64,000 nt of DNA from positions 14,944,001 through 15,008,000 of the forward strand of contig NC_087250.1 of NCBI RefSeq assembly GCF_037042905.1, in the 5' to 3' direction. Made by a program: the position numbers and the translations under genes. Positions 63,729 to 64,000 of the stretch are shown here, in pieces. The notes beneath the pieces are model-generated. The model had not been told where the DNA came from. It saw nothing but the letters and a program-made list of their open reading frames with translations, and did not search any database. Within the stretch, counting starts at the first letter, position 1; each line of letters begins with the position of its first letter. This DNA is from Lytechinus pictus. Its lineage: Eukaryota.

Positions 63729-64000
63729 GATCAAATACCCTAATAAAAATTATTAATAATGAATCTTGCATCATGGCAGAGATGAATAATGGTTCTTTTG
63801 TCTTTAAAGGTGAAAGAAAGTAGTTGCAGCTAACAATAATTTCATGACAAAGTCTTTTAAATCAAGGTTAACGGTTACAATTATATATCATCACTGATCT
63901 ACACCTGGTACATTAATGTAAACTTATCTTTGTGAAATCATGAAATCTTAGCTGAAAACCGATAATTCTGATGATCACTAACACAGAAAAGCAAATGTGG

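Overview
Intron-rich, AT-rich animal genomic DNA; the repeat complement suggests a deuterostome invertebrate, probably a sea urchin (inference). Three housekeeping genes can be rebuilt by hand from GT-AG junctions. (1) The 5' part of an SNF/U1A/U2B''-family snRNP gene on the - strand (exons 6310-6370 and 1147-1319, continuing out of the window). (2) A complete 11-exon proteasome ATPase Rpt5/PSMC3 on the + strand (18264-42430, 430 aa). (3) A complete RPL32 on the - strand (CDS 51495->47931, 136 aa, probable 5'TOP exon near 59725-59757). RPL32 introns carry two copies of an H/ACA snoRNA whose 3' pocket fits 18S rRNA UUAAA-UC-AGUUAU. They also carry an apparently full-length CR1-type LINE whose ORF1 and ORF2 lie in one reading frame separated by a single UGA-C, a candidate for stop-codon readthrough. 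Other content: a 9.4-kb CCC...GGG/2-bp-TSD non-autonomous DNA transposon with a nested relative and a possible internal spliced transcript; a 5'-truncated Crack/L2-like LINE; a decayed Sola2-like transposon; a 782-bp near-perfect foldback; tandem partial exon duplications in PSMC3 (one a possible poison exon); many MITEs and SINEs. All family assignments come from motif recognition, not database searches.
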